The position numbers and the translations under genes were made by a program. From the human T2T-CHM13v2.0 reference genome, Homo sapiens: 64,000 nt of DNA. The stretch lies in the NCBI RefSeq assembly GCF_009914755.1, contig NC_060944.1. One strand, written 5' to 3'. Position 1 is the first letter of the stretch; each line of letters starts with the position of its first letter. Under the pieces are notes generated by a model, which saw only the letters and a list, made by a program, of their open reading frames with translations, made no database searches and was not told where the DNA came from. This document shows positions 58,278 through 64,000 of this stretch, piece after piece.

Positions 58278-58845
58278 TGTATAAGGTAAGCCTCTTCCAA
58301 TTACAGCAGGCAGAAAACCCAACGCAAAATGGCTCAGACAATCAGGCAATTTGCTGGCTCACGCAACTCAAAAGTCTAGGACAAGCTGGCTTCAGGTACT
58401 GCTGGTTCAAGCCATTAAATTACATCACAAAGGTTTGGTTTCTCTCTATATATTTCTCTGGGTCACTTTTGCTATGTTGGCTCTATCCTGAGGCAGTCTC
58501 TCTCCTCGTGGTAACCAGGTGGCTCTAGCAGCCTCAGCTTTATATCTCTCAAGAGTAAGTCCACCGTCACAGAGCTGGCCTCTGTCTCAGAAGTTCTAGG
58601 CAATATCTCATGATATCAAATTGGGTGTGCTTGTGCCAGGCTCAACCAAGAGAAATGGGATGTGCTGATAAGTCACATTTAGGACATGCGACAGCTGGAG
58701 CTGGGGATGGAGCTAGCCAGCCCCCTGAGAATCACATGGACTCTAAATGGGGATCTCAAAGCAAGATGATAAGATATTATTAGAAGCAGCATGAATAGGT
58801 GGCAGGGAACAACAACAGCAGCAACAATAATAAATTTCTGTTACA
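58278..58845 (-). mobile_element. MLT1K-like MaLR LTR
   Basis: cagaaaacccaacgcaaaatggctcagac...gctggcttcaggtactgctgg. Confidence 0.65.
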
Positions 58846-58897
58846 TAAAAAGCCAGCTTGCTCCCCAAGGCTTGATTTTCCATTTCACCTTCTACTG

Positions 58898-59103
58898 CAG
58901 GATTTTCAACCTAAGCACTCTTGACATTTAGGGCCAGATAATTCTTCGTTATGGGGCTGTCTCGTGAACTGTAAAATCTTTAGCAACATCCCTGGCCTCT
59001 ACCCCTGTGATGCCAGTGGCATCTCCTTCTTACCCCCCACCCCAGTTCTGACTACCAAAAATGTCCTCTGGGAGCCAAAACGGCCCCCAGTTGAGAACCA
59101 CTG
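58898..59103 (-). mobile_element. MER20
   Basis: ttgacatttagggccagataattctt...cccagttgagaaccactg. Confidence 0.88.
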
Positions 59104-59394
59104 CCTACTGTTACAAGTGGAAAGTGGGGAGCAGAGGATTATCACCTCACAATTCACCAGGGAAATAATACTAAAGGGGGAAAGAGCCACTCCTAGGGCT
59201 GGGCTTGACAACATTTCAGCATTGGGTTTGAAGCCTTCATTTTACTCTCTTTCTCCAATGAACCTGGGGAAGGTTGTCAGAACCCCAAAGGGCCCAGCCA
59301 ATCCTATCAGCAGAAGCAATTGTAGTCTAGGGTTTAAGGATCCTAGGGTCAGGAAGTTCTAGGTCTCCCTCCTGTTAACACTAACACCTCTGTG

Positions 59395-59710
<316 letters not shown>

Positions 59711-59857
59711 TGTATTGTTTTTTAGTACAGGTGTGAGATTTCAGTGATTATAAATGACAACTATTTAGCAAAGGGGCAGGCGTGAGATGATCACTCAATA
59801 AATATGAGCTCTAATTTTGTATGTCATTATCATAAGCATCATCATCATCATTTAAAC

Positions 59858-60479
<622 letters not shown>

Positions 60480-60920
60480 AGTTAAACCCACTCAGGGGAC
60501 AGAATGACCATCTGGCACAGTAATAATTCTCTTGCTATGTTTTATTCCCCAGAGCTGGTCCCATGATTTTCCCAATAAAAATAAGAAGGTACTTCCCAAC
60601 CTGCTTAAGAAAATGTTTGAGGTATCAAGGCCAGATATAATACCCAGATGACTGTTATTAGCAACTCTGATTTCCTGATGCAGAGATGGGGAAAGCATTC
60701 CCATCTCCTTTGGCCTTTATGTCTCAGAAATGCTGTCTCAAGACTCCTAGATCACACTTGTTCTATTTCCAGTTTCAATCTGGCCCAGGGGATCCATGCA
60801 GCAAATCCAGTTAGTTACTTAAAATGTGTCTTAATATTTGGCAACCAGATGGAAAATCATTGCTCCAAACCTTGGCCTGCATGTTCTAATGAAAATGCTT
60901 GTTAGATTTAATGAAAACCA

Positions 60921-61165
60921 GATGTGAGGACGATCTGGCTGTGACATCTGTCACCCCATTGATTGCCAGGGTTGATTTGGCTGATCTGGCTGGCTAGGCG
61001 GGTGTCCCCTTCCTCCTTCACCACTCCATGTGTGTCCCTCCCGAAGCTGCAAGCTCAGCTGAAGAGGATGACCATCCCCTATAGAGCAGGACAGGTCTTT
61101 GGTCAAGGGTATTCGAGTAGCTATGCTCCCCTGCTAGAACCTCCAACATGCTCTCAAGGTCCATT
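60921..61165 (+). pseudogene. 7SK snRNA retropseudogene (RN7SKP class), 3'-truncated, tailless
   Basis: Colinear with 7SK from gatgtgagg to ctctcaaggtccatt with CpG decay; 17-bp TSD agatttaatgaaa(a/g)cca at 60904-60920 and 61166-61182. Confidence 0.96.
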
Positions 61166-61394
61166 AGATTTAATGAAAGCCATAGGCCAGACCATGAATA
61201 GTGTGGCGTTTTAGATACACAAGAATGGATATGCAGAAATATGGTATTGCTGATGATGTGGATGTGTACAATGAGGACCTTTAGTTTTCCTATGTTTGCC
61301 TGACACTGAGGTTTCTTGTGATCAGTGAGAAGCTAAGTCTGATTTGGAGTCTGGTAAACTCGGCTCCCACCATTCTCCATTCAAAATCAGCAGA

Positions 61395-61650
61395 ATATTG
61401 TGGTTACGAGCATAGCATTTGGAGCCAGACAAACTTCAATGGCTACTTAGCAGCTATGTGTGGCTGGCACATCACTGGTACTCAATAAATACTGGTTGAC
61501 TGTTGAATATTGCCCAGCCTCAGCGATAATAATGCATAATGCTTAGTTTATTCATCTTGAGATAAAAACAATGTCTATGTCTGGGGTAGTAAATTAGATA
61601 ATCTTTGTAAAACATTTAGCACAAAGGAAACAGTCAAAAAATTATAGTTA
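61395..61650 (+). mobile_element. MIR (fragmented)
   Basis: gtggttacgagcatagcatttggagccagac; tgtaaaacatttagcaca. Confidence 0.65.
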
Positions 61651-62797
61651 CCATATGTAACAGATGTACGAGATTCACAGCCATTTTGTTCATTCTTTAT
61701 TCATTATTCAACTCATTTTTATTTAGTGCTTACTTTGTGTACTGTCCTAGCAATTAGTAAGTCAACAACTAAAGAGACCTAAATGAGCAATTGCATACTG
61801 TTTTCTAGTTAATAATACTGCAAATGTTTAATGTGTAGAATTTTTTTGGTCCCATTTGAATCCACTGTGTGATGAATTATCACAAAAAAATGAACTGTCT
61901 CCAATTATTTAACTTTCTCAAAAATTAGCTAGAAATTCAGGGGGGAATTTCCCTCTCAGTTCCTGCCACATCTCCACAGCATTCAATAATACTTTTTAAT
62001 TTTCAAAAAGAAGTGAAGTTTCCAGGCAAGGCACTGACAAGTAAGTTTAATGGAATTTATTGCAGACTTATTCCTGATCTATCCCAAGAGTCCCTTGATT
62101 TATTTAGTTTATCCTATAACATAAGAACATGGGCTACATGGATGAGGAATGCAGTCTTAAGGCCAGGGTTGTGGTTTTCTGTATCCTTCTGTATCTTTGG
62201 ATGGTTACAATTCCCTCTCTTAGCATATTTTCATATGGTTAAGTCTTAGCGTGATTCCATTGCCAATGAGTCTTTGCCTAGGTGCTTGGACCACCTTTGA
62301 TGCCATCTTGTGGTCCTACATATAATTCTAGTCTCCATAGTGAATGAATGGTGACCTCCCCCACCACCTCCCAGCTCAGCCTAAGAGGTAATGGAATGAT
62401 CTTCTATTGACTAGGCACCAGCAAGGAAGAAAGAAGACCCAAACAGGTGCAGGTCCTTTGAGCGAGGGTCAGGTGTGAAGGATGCAGCTGCATTCCTCAA
62501 AGGCAAGTTCTTCACAGAAGCTTATCTGGAATGTCCCAATTCTCAATTTAATAGTAAAAGTCATAAACCCTATTATTATTATCATCTAGTGCTTGTAGAG
62601 GGCCTTCCCTGTTGCCATTCTCTTGTCTTAGAGTAGTCTACAAGGTCCAGCTTAGACTCGACTTCTTGCAGAAAGCCTCCACAATCTCTCACATCTGAAA
62701 TAAAAATGGTCCCTCTCTGATCATTTGCTACAACCTAATGTTTCTTCACAATACTTCTTACTGCCTGAACATATCATGCACATTTTTGTTTACTTAT

Positions 62798-63159
62798 TGT
62801 ATTAGTCTGTTTTCACGCTGCTGATAAAGACAAACCCAAGACTGGGTAATTTATAAAGAAAAAGAGGTTTAATGGACTCATAGTTCCACTTGGCCAGGGA
62901 GGCCTCACAATCATGGCGGAAGGCGAAAGGCATGTCTTACATGGCAGCCGGCAAGAAAGAATGAGAGCCAAGTGAAAGAGGAAACCCCTTATAAAAACAT
63001 CTGATCTTGTGAGACCTATTCACTACTACGACAAGAGTATGGGGGAAACTGCCCCCATGATTCAATTGTCTCTGACAAAGTCCCTCCCACAACACATGGG
63101 AATTATGGGAGCTACAATTCAAGAGGAGATTTGGGTGGGGACACAGCCAAACCATATCA
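62798..63159 (-). mobile_element. THE1-family solo LTR inserted in L2
   Basis: tgtattagtc...ccaaaccatatca; perfect 5-bp TSD cttat. Confidence 0.95.
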
Positions 63160-64000
63160 CTTATTTATTGTTATTACTTCTCCTCTACACACTAACCTGG
63201 TCCTATCATGATAATGGGGATCTGTCTGCAGCAGCAGTGAAGGGGGAATGGAAGGAATCCACTTTTTGCCAAGTGAATAAGCAAGTACTCAGTGCCAGGG
63301 GCTGGGCTGAGGCCACTGCTGAATACTGGCTGTTGGTGGTGATTCAGTGGCTAAGATTTGACCCCAAACCACCACTGGATGCATGTTATCATTAATCCTG
63401 GAGACTCACTGAGATTAGTTAACTTGCTTGAGATCCCACAGAGAGTAAAAGATGGAGCCTTGATTTGCACTCGTGGACTCTGATTCTGTGCCTGCTTTCT
63501 TAACCTATTTGCAAACGGCCTCAACCTCACTTTGCCCCTTCATTTCTAACAAGGGAAGTTCCTTTGCCTTCCCGTTTTCCAGGTCATTGCCCAGGTCCTA
63601 ACCCACCTGTCTGGTTTTGCAAAAGTCTAAACCCCTCGTTGGCTGTGGCTTTCTTTCCCCCATTAATATTCAGAGCTCAAGTTGCATCAAATGGTTAAAA
63701 AATAAAGTGCATATTATTAAACTTTTCAATAATGGAGTCACTTTAATGTTGGGAAATTCTACCACAGGATAATGCTTTTTGGCAAGCTCCTGTTTTAGCA
63801 GGAAGCCTGCAGTGAAGGTATGCAGAGAGAGAGAGTGAGGGGGCATCTGTTTGCTGTCAGTTTCTCTGACAGCTCTGTTTGTGTCAACGTTCCCAAGGAT
63901 GGTAACTATGATTTCACAAAAGGGTCAAAGCCCATCAAACCTTTTTGCCTGCTGTGGTCCCACCCCCAACCCTTCTCTCCTGCCTCTTTGTCCCTTCTAA

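Noticed and set aside
60921-61165. Functional 7SK gene
   Set aside because: 3' end and terminator missing, many CpG transitions, flanked by a TSD, and no evident upstream PSE/TATA.

Overview
Primate (most likely human) genomic DNA, non-coding and repeat-dense. I find no credible protein-coding gene. Most ORFs in the track are short read-throughs of Alu, LTR, DNA-transposon or simple-repeat sequence, and the only one with recognisable protein homology is a Tigger1 transposase remnant (25763-25948, minus). The window holds 14 Alu copies or fragments (J and S types; no classical AluY seen) and many MIR and L2 fragments. It also holds old L1M 3' ends, MaLR/ERVL solo LTRs (THE1 x2, MLT2A, MLT1 types), DNA transposons (MER1B x3, MER20 x4, MER58A x3, MER45A, MER102, Tigger1/4a/13a) and a tailless, 3'-truncated 7SK retropseudogene. 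Repeat names come from recalled consensus sequences, not a database search, so subfamily calls and old-repeat boundaries are approximate. I do not see convincing evidence of a new biological system. The best leads are: (i) a young-looking insertion of AluS-type sequence with a 40-A tail and a perfect 15-bp TSD; (ii) the adjacent CpG-retaining block at 401-1335, which holds a 33-nt exon candidate with a full set of splice signals; (iii) three template-switch-type inverted duplications inside repeats; (iv) several repeat-poor motif clusters that look like enhancers; (v) a THE1 LTR carrying the CCTCCCT recombination-hotspot core.
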